From Bdellovibrionota bacterium (GTDB lineage Bacteria > Bdellovibrionota_G > JALEGL01 > DATDPG01): a stretch of 64,000 nucleotides of DNA. Position 1 is the stretch's first letter. Every line of letters begins with the position of its first letter. The translations under genes were made by a program, and so were the position numbers. Below, in pieces: positions 37,101 to 47,122 of the stretch. Under the pieces are notes generated by a model, which was not told the origin of the DNA, did no database searches, and saw nothing but the letters and a program-made list of their open reading frames with translations. Location: the NCBI GenBank assembly GCA_963668355.1, contig OY764265.1:2592001-2656000 (forward strand). Reading direction: 5' to 3'.

Positions 37101-38834
37101 TCACAGGAAAAGTGCCCCTGGATAGTCAGTCTTTTCAATGGATTTTTCCGACAAAGTTTTGAGATGGTCGTCACTATTCCGATCCATTAACCGAAAATTT
37201 CTCCCGATTCTCCGATGGGCCTCCTCACAACAAGCCCTGGCCGCGGACAACTCGACCACCGAATGTTCCGGTCCTTTTTCCGTTAGAGCATTCGTAGCAC
37301 GAGAAATCACTGAAACCATTCGATATAGATCCAATGCAATTTCGGTGAGTCGTCCAAGTGCAAATTGCGCTGTCATAATGTTCTTCCGATGTTTTCGAAG
37401 GGCTTTTTCCACAACTTCGGCAAATTCTTGAACATCTTCTTCAAATAGTCCGGCTTCTCGTTTGAGTTCAGGGTGAGCTTTATTCAGTTTATCGCCATAG
37501 AGGGAACGTTGAATTTTTTGAGTGACAAAAAAGTCATAAAGAACCCCAAGGGATTTGATGGGATCGTTCAAAGCTTTTCCGACGATTTTCAAACGTTCTC
37601 CAACCCCTTTTATGCCTGAAAGAGCAATGAATAATGTAAGAATTTCGTTGGTCCCCTCGAAGATTAAGTTGATTCGCGCATCGCGAAGCCATCGCTCATA
37701 AGGGTACTCCTGCATGTATCCATTCCCCCCCGCCACTTGAACGGCATGATTGGCTGTACTCCAAATGGAGCGAGATCCGTCGATTTTTGACATGGCTGAC
37801 TCCAGGGAGAAATCAGGAACCCCCGCATCCACCAAACCACACGTTAGATAGGCTACGGACTCGGTTACGAAGGTGTCCAATGCCATCCGCCCCAATTTTT
37901 CCTGAATCAAACCAAAATTCGAAATGGATTGACCAAACTGCTTTCTTTCTGTGGCTTGCCGGGTGGCCTGAGCCAAAACTCCCTTCGAAGAACCGACACA
38001 AGCTGTTGCCAGGCCTAGCCTTCCGGAATTCAGCACTTCCATGGCAATTTTAAAGCCCTTTCCTTTTTCCCCGAGCATGTTTTCCGCGGGAACCCGAACC
38101 TGATTGAAAGCCAATTCGGTGGTATTGGAACCGCGAATCCCCATTTTATGTTCGGGTTTTCCGGACGAAAAACCTTCCATATCCCTCGTGACGATGAAGG
38201 CAGATATTTGATCCTTCTTACCGTCTTTTGAATCCGTCTCCGTTTTGGCAAAGACCGTGAAAAAATCGGCAATCCCTCCATTTGTGATCCAAATTTTGTT
38301 TCCACTCAATGAATACGATCCATCAGAATTCTTTTCGGCTCGGGTTTTTATGGAGTAGGCATCTGACCCAGAGCCTGGTTCCGTGAGAGCAAAACCGGCC
38401 AACATTTCCCCCGTTACCAATTTGGGCAAGAATTCTTCTTTCTGCGCGTCGGTTCCAAAAAGAAGGAGCGCTTTCATTCCGATGGACATATGAGCCCCAA
38501 GCGTGGTGGCTACGGAAGAATCGATTCTGCCCACCTCTTCAAAAACTCGCCCGTAGGCGTACTGACTTAAGCCCAAGCCCCCATAGGATTCGGGAACCTG
38601 AAGCCCAAAGATTCCCATTTCTTTCAACCCCATCATGACATCCTCCGGAATTTCAGAGTTGGAATCAATTTGGGCTGAGTCGATGTGATCCGAGGCAAAC
38701 TTTTTTAAATTCTCAAGAATCAACCGAAGCATCTCCCCCTCATCTTCACTGGGCGAGGGAAAGGGGAAAATCATTTCTTCCTCAATTTTTCCAGCGAACA
38801 TGGATTTGGCGAAACTCTTCGGTGCGTTGCTCAT
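37101..38834 (-). CDS. Acyl-CoA dehydrogenase (VLCAD/ACAD9-like, long form)
   Basis: FALTEPGSGSDA, KIWITNG, KMGIRGSNT, RINLIFEGTNEIL, plus a C-terminal extension. Confidence 0.93.
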   Translation of the reverse strand: MSNAPKSFAKSMFAGKIEEEMIFPFPSPSEDEGEMLRLILENLKKFASDHIDSAQIDSNSEIPEDVMMGLKEMGIFGLQVPESYGGLGLSQYAYGRVFEEVGRIDSSVATTLGAHMSIGMKALLLFGTDAQKEEFLPKLVTGEMLAGFALTEPGSGSDAYSIKTRAEKNSDGSYSLSGNKIWITNGGIADFFTVFAKTETDSKDGKKDQISAFIVTRDMEGFSSGKPEHKMGIRGSNTTELAFNQVRVPAENMLGEKGKGFKIAMEVLNSGRLGLATACVGSSKGVLAQATRQATERKQFGQSISNFGLIQEKLGRMALDTFVTESVAYLTCGLVDAGVPDFSLESAMSKIDGSRSIWSTANHAVQVAGGNGYMQEYPYERWLRDARINLIFEGTNEILTLFIALSGIKGVGERLKIVGKALNDPIKSLGVLYDFFVTQKIQRSLYGDKLNKAHPELKREAGLFEEDVQEFAEVVEKALRKHRKNIMTAQFALGRLTEIALDLYRMVSVISRATNALTEKGPEHSVVELSAARACCEEAHRRIGRNFRLMDRNSDDHLKTLSEKSIEKTDYPGALFL

Positions 38835-39082
38835 TGTGAAGCCTCTCTGAAGGAATTTTGACCTCTTTATTATGAGGGGAAATTCCCCACATGGGAAATC
38901 AAAAGCCTACACTTTCTCGAAGGAAGGAAATTCTTTTTTTCAATGAAACCAGAGGTTTAACTCGTTGCTTCCCCTCGCCTTCCTCTTTCCGGATCTTCTC
39001 TTTCATCGATCCTACTTTTGCGTCTCACGTCCCAGGTGCATTTGTTCTTTCTTTCTGGAAGGCCTTGTTTATATTGGACTTT

Positions 39083-39622
39083 ATGCTCAATCCCTATTTT
39101 TGGCTCAAGAAAGAACTTGGCATTCGAAAGGCGTATCGTTCGTTTCAAAAAGGATTTACGTCTAAAGCCCTGGATACCATCGAAGAACTGCTTAGAGAAA
39201 AACCCAAGGACCTCGATTTATTGATTCAAAAAGCCTGGTGTTTAGCGGATCTCAAGGATTCTGAAAAATCCATCCCTTTTGTAAATGAACTTTTGGCCTC
39301 TCACCCGGAGAACCCCGTTTTACATCTCATCCGCGGGGAAATTCTTCACGCAGACCAAAAATATCTTGAAGCTAAGGAAAGTTTTGAACGTTCCTTGGAA
39401 ATCTCAGGGGAAAATTTGCGGGTGGAATATTGTCTGGGGCTGGTTCATGTGGCGCTAGGAAATATGGATAAGGCCAGTCAATATTTCGAATCCATTGTGA
39501 AATACGATAAGAACCTGGTTCAAAGCCGAATATTGGCGATGGCGGAAAGCGTTCTTTTAAACGCCTCAAAGAATTCGACTCAGCCAACCCCACCTTCACA
39601 GGAGCTTCCCAAACATGAATGA
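39083..39622 (+). CDS. TPR-repeat protein
   Basis: Three to four TPR units; start set at ATG 39083; overlaps the next gene by 8 bp. Confidence 0.8.
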   Translation: MLNPYFWLKKELGIRKAYRSFQKGFTSKALDTIEELLREKPKDLDLLIQKAWCLADLKDSEKSIPFVNELLASHPENPVLHLIRGEILHADQKYLEAKESFERSLEISGENLRVEYCLGLVHVALGNMDKASQYFESIVKYDKNLVQSRILAMAESVLLNASKNSTQPTPPSQELPKHE

Positions 39623-40385
39623 AGAGCTGAAATCATTTGTAATCAATGTCTCGGAAGGGACCGAAATTTTCAAAGAAGGCGACGATGGAAACGAGATGTA
39701 TTTCATTCAGTCTGGAAAAATTCGAATTGAGAAAAACATCGACGGGAAACCGGAACGATTAGCTTTACTCGAAAAGGGAGATTTTTTTGGAGAGATGGCC
39801 ATCATTGACTCCATCCCCCGTTCAGCCTCAGCGATTGCGGATGAAGACACGAGTCTTTTGAAAATTGATGGTGGAAATTTTGGAAAAGTCCTTTCCACAA
39901 ACGTGGAGATTGTTATCCGAATCATTCGAAAATATTCGGCTCGCCTTCGAGATGCCAATGCAAAACTGGAAGCTTTGCTTTTAGACCGAAAGGAAATGGA
40001 TAAAGGCATTCAAGACATCCTTCAATCGGTCAAAAGACCTTCCTCGGAAGATACAGGGAATCCTTTGGCCGAATTGAAAATTGAGGGTTCGGACAAGACG
40101 TTTCCGATCTTTCGAGAGGCCGTTACGGTGGGACGCGAAGACCCTGTAACGGGAATCATCCCGGATGTAGATTTGACCGAACACGATGAAACCCGAAGCG
40201 TTTCCAGAAAACATGCCCGGATCATAAAAGAAAGAACGGGGTTTGTTTTGATTGAGGAAATCGGCGTGGCAAATGGAACTTTCGTAAATGACGAACGTTT
40301 GGAGCCCGGAAAATCGAAATCCATTCAAGCGGAGGATCACCTTCAATTTGGAAACATTAAATTGATCTTTCTGATGAACGCTTAA
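39615..40385 (+). CDS. Cyclic-nucleotide-binding domain + FHA domain fusion protein
   Basis: IFKEGDDG.EMYFI..GDFFGEMAII...PRSASA phosphate-binding cassette; C-terminal VGR..SRKHA..NGTFVN FHA. Confidence 0.9.
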   Translation: MNEELKSFVINVSEGTEIFKEGDDGNEMYFIQSGKIRIEKNIDGKPERLALLEKGDFFGEMAIIDSIPRSASAIADEDTSLLKIDGGNFGKVLSTNVEIVIRIIRKYSARLRDANAKLEALLLDRKEMDKGIQDILQSVKRPSSEDTGNPLAELKIEGSDKTFPIFREAVTVGREDPVTGIIPDVDLTEHDETRSVSRKHARIIKERTGFVLIEEIGVANGTFVNDERLEPGKSKSIQAEDHLQFGNIKLIFLMNA

Positions 40386-42841
40386 ACGTTTTTGTTGGGA
40401 ACCTGTTCCAGTGCTTGTTTAAACTCTTTCGCCGTTTGAAATCGTTGGTCTGGATTTTTTGCCAAAGCTTTTTGAATCATTTCCTCTAAAGCCGGATGAT
40501 TGAGACCCAACGCAGGAGCTGGAGTATGAACATGATGATAGGTGACTTCACCTTCAACAAATGGAAGCTTCCCCGTTAAAATCTCAAATGCCACGACGCC
40601 CGTGGAATAAAGATCCACGCGATGATCATAACGATCTCCCTGAATTTGCTCCGGAGCCATATAGTAAGGGGATCCGACGGTCTGGGTCGCGGCCAAATGA
40701 CCTTGTCTGAGCATTCTGGCCAATCCGAAATCCAAAATTTTCACGGCTTGAGTTTTGCCCAATAGCAAATTGGCCGTTTTTATGTCTCGATGAACGATGT
40801 CTCGGGCATGAGCGTAATCCAACCCATCTAAGATTTGAAAGAGAACATTCTTTGCCTCTTCCCAGCTCAATTGTTCTTTTTGTTTGAGCCAATCCGCAAG
40901 GCTCAACCCATCGACAAATTCCATCACCAAGTACAATTGATCCCGATGCTTTCCCGCGTCGTAAATTCCAACAATGTTGGCGTGATTCAGGTGGGCTACC
41001 AATTTGGCCTCTTGAAGAATGGTCTTTTGACTCTCTGGATCGTGGGTGTCCTGGCCGACAAAAAATTTAAGAGCCACTTCCCTTCCCAACTTTCGATCTT
41101 CCGCGTGAAAAATTACGCCCATCGCACCTCGACCGATTTCATGATGAAGTTGATACCTCTCCGCGACAATGGCTCCCGGTTGGGCGAGAAAGGGTGAAAA
41201 AGATTCCGATGGAGCCGAGACCCCGGCCTTGGAGTCCGAGGTTGTGGATCGGAGTCGTTCCAATACCGCATCCATTCGAGTGAGAACGTCTTTAAAATGA
41301 AAATCGAAAGCCAGAATATCTTCGTAAATCTCGGAAGCTTTCTTTAAATTTCCCGATCCTTCCAAGAAGGTCGCAAAATCATAAAACAATTCCAAATTAG
41401 TCTGATCCAGAATCTTTCCTCGGCACACAACCTCAAATTTGTCTTTAGCCAAGTCTACTTTTCCTTTTTTCCAAAAAAGCCTGGCCAGAGCATGGGTAGC
41501 ATGTTCCCATTCAGGGGCGTCTTTCGATACTTTTTGATACAAAGAAATGGCCGACCGATCGTCCAAATGTTCTTCCGTCAATCGGGCGGCTTCGAAAAAC
41601 CGTCCGGCATTTACATACTCATCTGCCGCTTCTTTGGGTTTTCCTGCGATTTCATAAGAATTGGCCGCTTGTGTGTGATGTCCCATTTTGGAAAATAACG
41701 GGGCCGCGCTGGCATGGTTTTCCCCTTTTACATTGGTTTTGGCTGCCTCCGTATAGTCTCCGATCTTCACAAAAAGCTCTGCAGCTTTTTCCCAAGAACC
41801 CAGCTCAAAAAAAAGTTTTGCTGCCGCCTCGAATTCACCGGCCTCTTCGAACAATTCGGCAGACCTTGCCTCATCTCCTTGTTCCAAAGCCAACCGAGCT
41901 GAAAAGGCCTTGGCCTCATCCTTTCTTCCTGCCATTTCAAGGAGCCTGGGAACCTCATCAGCTTTCCCCAGTTCTTCAAAGATGTCCGCGGCACGGTCAT
42001 ATTGCCCCGCTCGGATGAACAGGCGGGCCGCGTCTTCGCCTTGGCCTGCCTGGAAATACAAATCGGCGGAGCGAAGCAACTCTCCACACTCTTCCAAACA
42101 TCGGGCTGCTTCCAGCGTTTGATCCGACTTCATGTACAGTTCGAACGCTTTTTTAAACTGTCGAACTCTTCGGTAAGCATTGGCTGCACGGGTTGCAAAC
42201 GAACGCACATTCTCCAACTCTTGAGGCGTGGAGCCCTCTCCCAATCGGGCTCTTTTGGTTTCGAAATCCTGTTCATGCAACTTTCCCAAGTCCTCGTAGC
42301 GTTCCAGAAGGGTTAACAGTTCTTCCACCTTCCTACGGTGTCCTCCCTTTTGGTAGCGATCGAGCGCAATTTCGAGCTTTCCAATCTTTTCCCAGTAGAC
42401 GCCGGCATTTACATAGTGGCGAGCCTGATCATAAGCCTGAGCGGCTTCTTCCAAGCGGTTCAAACGGACAAAAATTTTACCCAAGAATTCCCAGTTTTTG
42501 GCTCTTTGCGCCAATTCGATGGCACCTTCCAAGTCTTCCATTTTCAGGGCCATTTCCGCGGCTTTGGAAAATGCCCCCAATTTCTCATAAAGACTTCTAG
42601 CTTCTCGAAACCTTCCTTTTTGAACAAAATCATCCGCTTTGATTCGCTTGGCCGCCGGATCGTCCAAGGAAAGTGCTTTTAAAACTAGCCTTCCGGACCA
42701 AAGGCATCCCCAGACGAAAAAGAACAACGAAGAAAAAATGGCCCAAAAGCGAAGATGATGGTCGGGAAGGAAGCTCCAAAGGCCCTCAACGTAACTTAAG
42801 AGCCGACCACCTTCTGAAAAAAATTCATTCACTTCCTTCAA
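40382..42841 (-). CDS. Membrane-anchored alpha-solenoid (TPR/SNAP-like) + Hanks-type Ser/Thr protein kinase
   Basis: N-terminal TM helix, about 14-aa A-rich helical repeats, and kinase motifs GRGAMG, VALK, HRDIKTAN, DFG, APE. Confidence 0.92.
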   Translation of the reverse strand: MKEVNEFFSEGGRLLSYVEGLWSFLPDHHLRFWAIFSSLFFFVWGCLWSGRLVLKALSLDDPAAKRIKADDFVQKGRFREARSLYEKLGAFSKAAEMALKMEDLEGAIELAQRAKNWEFLGKIFVRLNRLEEAAQAYDQARHYVNAGVYWEKIGKLEIALDRYQKGGHRRKVEELLTLLERYEDLGKLHEQDFETKRARLGEGSTPQELENVRSFATRAANAYRRVRQFKKAFELYMKSDQTLEAARCLEECGELLRSADLYFQAGQGEDAARLFIRAGQYDRAADIFEELGKADEVPRLLEMAGRKDEAKAFSARLALEQGDEARSAELFEEAGEFEAAAKLFFELGSWEKAAELFVKIGDYTEAAKTNVKGENHASAAPLFSKMGHHTQAANSYEIAGKPKEAADEYVNAGRFFEAARLTEEHLDDRSAISLYQKVSKDAPEWEHATHALARLFWKKGKVDLAKDKFEVVCRGKILDQTNLELFYDFATFLEGSGNLKKASEIYEDILAFDFHFKDVLTRMDAVLERLRSTTSDSKAGVSAPSESFSPFLAQPGAIVAERYQLHHEIGRGAMGVIFHAEDRKLGREVALKFFVGQDTHDPESQKTILQEAKLVAHLNHANIVGIYDAGKHRDQLYLVMEFVDGLSLADWLKQKEQLSWEEAKNVLFQILDGLDYAHARDIVHRDIKTANLLLGKTQAVKILDFGLARMLRQGHLAATQTVGSPYYMAPEQIQGDRYDHRVDLYSTGVVAFEILTGKLPFVEGEVTYHHVHTPAPALGLNHPALEEMIQKALAKNPDQRFQTAKEFKQALEQVPNKNV

Positions 42842-42881
42842 TTTACAAGGAGGAGCGCTCTCCGTACAATCAATTCCTCAT

Positions 42882-43997
42882 ATGGATATTCATTCGCTAC
42901 CCCCAAAAGACTTGGTCCGCTTCATCCAGCGGATTCGGAAATTCGAAATCGACGAGCACGAGACCTATCTCCATGGACTTCTGGTGAATATCCTTTCAGA
43001 AATTGTGGAATTTGTGCCTTCTGAAGGTTCCGTCATATTGATTGACCAACCTTTGGAAAAACATTCCAGCTCCAAGGCCCAAAAAGAACTCACCTATGTG
43101 GCCGCATTTGGTCCCCAAACTCAAAGTTTAATTGGAAGATCCGTGACCAGCACGAGTGGAATCGTCGGGGAAACCTATACATTAGGAAAGCCGGCCGTTC
43201 GAAAGGCTGACGATCAAAGAAGCTTAACCATGGATCGCAATCTTTATCGTCATCCGCTTTCGACGTTGATTTCGGTTCCCCTTCGGATCGAAAACGCCGT
43301 AATTGGCGTACTTCTCTTATTCAACAAGAAAGATCCTGTGGGGTATACGATTCGGGATTTAAAACTCGTGGAGATTTTCGCAGGTTATCTGTCTACTTCA
43401 ATTCAAAACGCCATTGATGCCCACAAAGCCCGCGAACTATCGAAACGAGACGATCTAACGGGCCTCTTCAACGACCGTTTCTTTCACCGCCAACTTGAGA
43501 CAGAAGTTCGCAAAGCGGATGAGGGGAAAACCCCGCTTTGTCTTGCCTTTATGGACTTGGACAACTTTAAATCCATCAACGATCAATACGGACATCTGGT
43601 CGGAAGTCAGACGCTCAAGGAAATTGGTTTTGTGATTCGAGAAATTGTTGATGTTCCCGATGCGACCTTAGCAAGATATGGAGGGGACGAATACGTAATG
43701 ATCTTTCCTTCCATCTCAATTGAAAAAGCCGTTGAATTTGCCAATGCCATCCGAGAAGAAATCAAGCAAAAGATGTTCATGATTGAATTGGGCGAGAAAG
43801 ACGGTTCGTTTGTGAATTTTAAAGGATTGTTGTCCTGTAGTGTCGGGGTGGCCTCCCTGCATGACCATATTCCTGAAGGGGGCTCCACGAAAGATCGAAA
43901 AAATCTTCTCATTCGTCTTGCGGACACAGCCATGTATACCTCGAAAGACGCAGGAAAAAACTGCGTGACTGTTGCTTCATCGGTTGCCGAGGTTTAA
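42882..43997 (+). CDS. GAF + GGDEF diguanylate cyclase
   Basis: GAF (GIVGE..LISVPL..IGVLLLFNK), DDLTGLFN, DLDNFKSINDQYGH, RYGGDEY. Confidence 0.92.
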   Translation: MDIHSLPPKDLVRFIQRIRKFEIDEHETYLHGLLVNILSEIVEFVPSEGSVILIDQPLEKHSSSKAQKELTYVAAFGPQTQSLIGRSVTSTSGIVGETYTLGKPAVRKADDQRSLTMDRNLYRHPLSTLISVPLRIENAVIGVLLLFNKKDPVGYTIRDLKLVEIFAGYLSTSIQNAIDAHKARELSKRDDLTGLFNDRFFHRQLETEVRKADEGKTPLCLAFMDLDNFKSINDQYGHLVGSQTLKEIGFVIREIVDVPDATLARYGGDEYVMIFPSISIEKAVEFANAIREEIKQKMFMIELGEKDGSFVNFKGLLSCSVGVASLHDHIPEGGSTKDRKNLLIRLADTAMYTSKDAGKNCVTVASSVAEV

Positions 43998-45101
43998 CCC
44001 GTTAAAAATTCCTTGGTATTTCTTCAAATCGGCTTTTGACATTCCAATGGCCAGCAAAACCATGTTCCGTTCATGAATGAAGGGGCCTTTCCCACTTTTT
44101 TCCCATTCTTTCACAAACTCTTGAGCCTCAGCTTGGTTGTCCCATACGGACAGATCCAAAAAAACAGCTTTACCATTCTCTTTTTGGATCAGCCAAAATC
44201 GATCCCCACCCCATCCTCGCGCCGCTTGTCCCCCCAGTATTTGCGCAAATCCAAACTCCCCCAATACATTCGTCGAAAGCCATGGGGAAAGCTTGGAAAT
44301 CTGATTCGAGGGAATGCCAATCGGCGCATTTTTCTTTTGGCCCCACTCATCCGGATGCAAGATTTGTTCAGTGGAAAGAGGAAGCTCCCGTTCGAAATGA
44401 CGGCTGATGGTCTCCCACCCCCCATCTTGAAATCTTGAAATGACGAATTTTAAGCCTTCCGTGTAAGGAAAAAGAAATCCCTGTAAGACGCGAGGTGGAA
44501 GTTCACACTTCTTGGATATGGAAAAAGGCTCTTGGGTTTGGTTCGTTCTCGTATCTAAAGGAAAATCTTCAGCAGCGATCTGCGTCATCACCCACATGGC
44601 TTCTCCCTCAATCAAAGCCTGCCGAGCCAAGGTTTTGTCGTCATTCTCCTTGTCTCGACGAAGAAACGTTTCCAAACCGAAATGTTGATCTTGAAGTGCG
44701 TGGGTTAATTCGTGGTAAACAATGGATCTTTCCACCCCGGAAGTTGATTGGGTTTCAGGAAAGACCATTTCCTCTTTCCGAGGGTCGTAATAGCCGCCAA
44801 TTTCATGCGTCAAAAATTCAAGAATACATGTTTGATAGGGATAGTCTGACGGGATGAGGTTTAAAAGTTTCAATACCGTTTCCTCATGGCGAATTTCGTC
44901 TCCCACGTATTCCTCTTCGACTCTGGAGCGGAGATATTCCAAGATTTGTGACTTGGATTTTCGCGTACGTTTTACGGCGCGCTTAAACGAAAGTTCGCGA
45001 ACGTATTCGACCCGGTCCACCATGTTCTTGGGAACGACATTGACTTGAGAGCACCCCAAAAATGTGCTCAGGAGAATTCCCAAAATGAGCTGGTTGTTCA
45101 A
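43977..45101 (-). CDS. Lipoprotein with a zincin-like HExxH motif (putative metallopeptidase)
   Basis: Lipobox FLGC; GGYYDP, HELTHALQDQHF, LIEGEA, FPYTEG, STEQILHP. Confidence 0.75.
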   Translation of the reverse strand: MNNQLILGILLSTFLGCSQVNVVPKNMVDRVEYVRELSFKRAVKRTRKSKSQILEYLRSRVEEEYVGDEIRHEETVLKLLNLIPSDYPYQTCILEFLTHEIGGYYDPRKEEMVFPETQSTSGVERSIVYHELTHALQDQHFGLETFLRRDKENDDKTLARQALIEGEAMWVMTQIAAEDFPLDTRTNQTQEPFSISKKCELPPRVLQGFLFPYTEGLKFVISRFQDGGWETISRHFERELPLSTEQILHPDEWGQKKNAPIGIPSNQISKLSPWLSTNVLGEFGFAQILGGQAARGWGGDRFWLIQKENGKAVFLDLSVWDNQAEAQEFVKEWEKSGKGPFIHERNMVLLAIGMSKADLKKYQGIFNGLNLGNR

Positions 45102-45124
45102 AGCAAGATGGAACCTACGTGGAT

Positions 45125-46210
45125 TTAGTTCTCAAAACAACCGGAACGAAAAGGAATCATACTTTCTACGAAAATCTCCAAGCAACCGTTTCGAATAAAG
45201 TCTCCATCATCCGAAATTCGAAAAGCTTTTCGACCGTATCCAGGCGTGCTCAGGAGTCCCCAGTTTACACTCGACGCATCCGGAATCGCCTGCCTAACTT
45301 GCACAGAGTCTCCTCCAGTCGTTTTTATTCCCCATTCATACATCTCGGTTACCGAGGGCACGCGTGCCCAGTTTGGACCGCTGGTTCCATGACTCAATCG
45401 ATCGACCACGACCTTCTCTTCGACCACGGGAGTTGTCGTCCACACTTTTTCAACTCCACCTTCAAGAATTCTCGAGGGAATCCAAATGGGAACCTCAATG
45501 CTCTCCCTTACGTCCGCCAACTCCTCAAGGTTCCAAACCTCTTGGGGAAACCGAGGGACCACCTCCCCATTCGATTTCGCGAGGGTCGCATCGCGATCGT
45601 AAAACCATTCGTCAAAGCTTTCTTCGGACAAACGATACTCAGGTGTGGAAAACCATTTTTCATTTTCCTTTCGGAAATCGTTCGAAAGATTGTTCCGATA
45701 CCTTTTGGCCAAGGCCGCTAAATCCGAAGCTCGAATGGGCAAGCTCATGGAAATTCCAGAACCTTGGGGATTTCCATCCTCGGGGGCAAAAAACCGAACG
45801 GAACAGCCTTCGATGCGCGTATCTCGAGCCAAACGATCATCCGCCCCTTTCGTTCCTAGAACCATCCCGTCCAAGGCATACATATAATCCAAGGATTGCG
45901 TGGTGTTTCCCTGAGAAGCCCACACTTCCCACTCGGTTTGAGAAACATCCAAGAATCGAATGACCAGGGGAATCGAAAGGACGTCGCCACGTTCATTCGC
46001 AAGGGCATAGTGAACTTCTCCCGGAGATGCGCTATTGAAAAAATCCCGAACGGAAAATTCAAGAGAAGCTCGCAAAACGACAGATTCTTCCACAGATATA
46101 TCCGAATGGGAGGCGGAAGGATTCGAACAGTCGCACTCGGCAAACAGAGGCGACGTTGGCAGAAGAAGGAAAAGAAGAAATGGGATCAAGAAGGCAGAAA
46201 TTCTCATCAT
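45125..46210 (-). CDS. Hypothetical secreted protein
   Basis: Signal peptide MMRISAFLIPFLLFLLLPTSPLFA, with Cys pairs at both ends; no family recognised. Confidence 0.65.
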   Translation of the reverse strand: MMRISAFLIPFLLFLLLPTSPLFAECDCSNPSASHSDISVEESVVLRASLEFSVRDFFNSASPGEVHYALANERGDVLSIPLVIRFLDVSQTEWEVWASQGNTTQSLDYMYALDGMVLGTKGADDRLARDTRIEGCSVRFFAPEDGNPQGSGISMSLPIRASDLAALAKRYRNNLSNDFRKENEKWFSTPEYRLSEESFDEWFYDRDATLAKSNGEVVPRFPQEVWNLEELADVRESIEVPIWIPSRILEGGVEKVWTTTPVVEEKVVVDRLSHGTSGPNWARVPSVTEMYEWGIKTTGGDSVQVRQAIPDASSVNWGLLSTPGYGRKAFRISDDGDFIRNGCLEIFVESMIPFRSGCFEN

Positions 46211-46292
46211 CCGGCCGATGTAACACAACGCGTTACATTGAGCAACTGTCTTTTCTCTTGAAATATCCATGCGTTAAAACAATGATGCTTCT

Positions 46293-47075
46293 GTGAAAAT
46301 CGCAATTTCGCAATTGAATTCCGGGTCCGATTGGTCAGAAAATGAAAAGAGATTAATCGAATGCATTCGAAAAGCGGCGGAAGCTTCAGCCCAATGCATC
46401 GTTTTTCCCGAAAACGCCTTGTATATGGGACCTCGTAACCGTCTGTTATCTTTGGGCCAAAAGCATTTTTCGGCGCTCCAAAACACCTTGGTCCATTTGG
46501 CCAAGGAACATCGTTTGGCCATTCTCTTGGGGGGCGTTCCTGAACCCATCCCCACCCTTCCGAAAGTCTTTAACACGGCTTTATTCATCGACGAAACCGG
46601 AAAGATTCTGGGAAAGTATCGAAAAAGACATCTTTTTGACGTGAAAACGCCGGAAGGAAGACGTTTCCGAGAATCCAAGGAAATGGAGGCTGGAAAACGC
46701 AGGGTTCAATTTAATTGGAATGGTTTCACCATTGGCCTTCACATTTGCTATGACCTTCGTTTTCCGGAAGATTTTCGGGCTCAAGCTCGTCGGGGGGGCA
46801 ATCTCTTTCTCGTCCCCGCCGCATTCACATATGAAACGGGAAAGGCGCATTGGAAGTCTTTGATTCGGGCCCGAGCCATTGAAAATTTGAGCTACGTGGT
46901 GGCTCCGGGACAAACCGGAAAGCACCCAGGAAACAACCATACATTTGGCCACAGTTTGGTGGTCGACCCTTGGGGAACGGTGTTAGCCGAAGCGGGAAAT
47001 CGCCCCACCTTGCTTTATGCCGAGCTTGACGCAATGCTAAGTCGCCAATATCGCAAAAGGTTCCCGGCTTGCTAG
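46293..47075 (+). CDS. Carbon-nitrogen hydrolase (Nit1 / deaminated glutathione amidase-like)
   Basis: FPEN, YRKRHLFD, ICYDLRFPE triad; ARAIEN; GHSLVVDPWG. Confidence 0.92.
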   Translation: MKIAISQLNSGSDWSENEKRLIECIRKAAEASAQCIVFPENALYMGPRNRLLSLGQKHFSALQNTLVHLAKEHRLAILLGGVPEPIPTLPKVFNTALFIDETGKILGKYRKRHLFDVKTPEGRRFRESKEMEAGKRRVQFNWNGFTIGLHICYDLRFPEDFRAQARRGGNLFLVPAAFTYETGKAHWKSLIRARAIENLSYVVAPGQTGKHPGNNHTFGHSLVVDPWGTVLAEAGNRPTLLYAELDAMLSRQYRKRFPAC

Positions 47076-47122
47076 GGCCGCCTCCTCCAGGTATAAACCT
47101 GACCCAGCTCAGCAAAAAAAGT

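Noticed and set aside
38876..38888. GGGGAAATTCCCC dyad upstream of the acyl-CoA dehydrogenase gene
   Set aside because: It could be an operator, but it is short, single-copy and has no regulator nearby, so it cannot be supported.
45119..45963. 200-aa and 199-aa plus-strand ORFs, and similar long antisense ORFs over lpdA, fumC and nadC
   Set aside because: They lie opposite better-supported genes and show no recognisable motifs or RBS, so they were treated as shadow ORFs.
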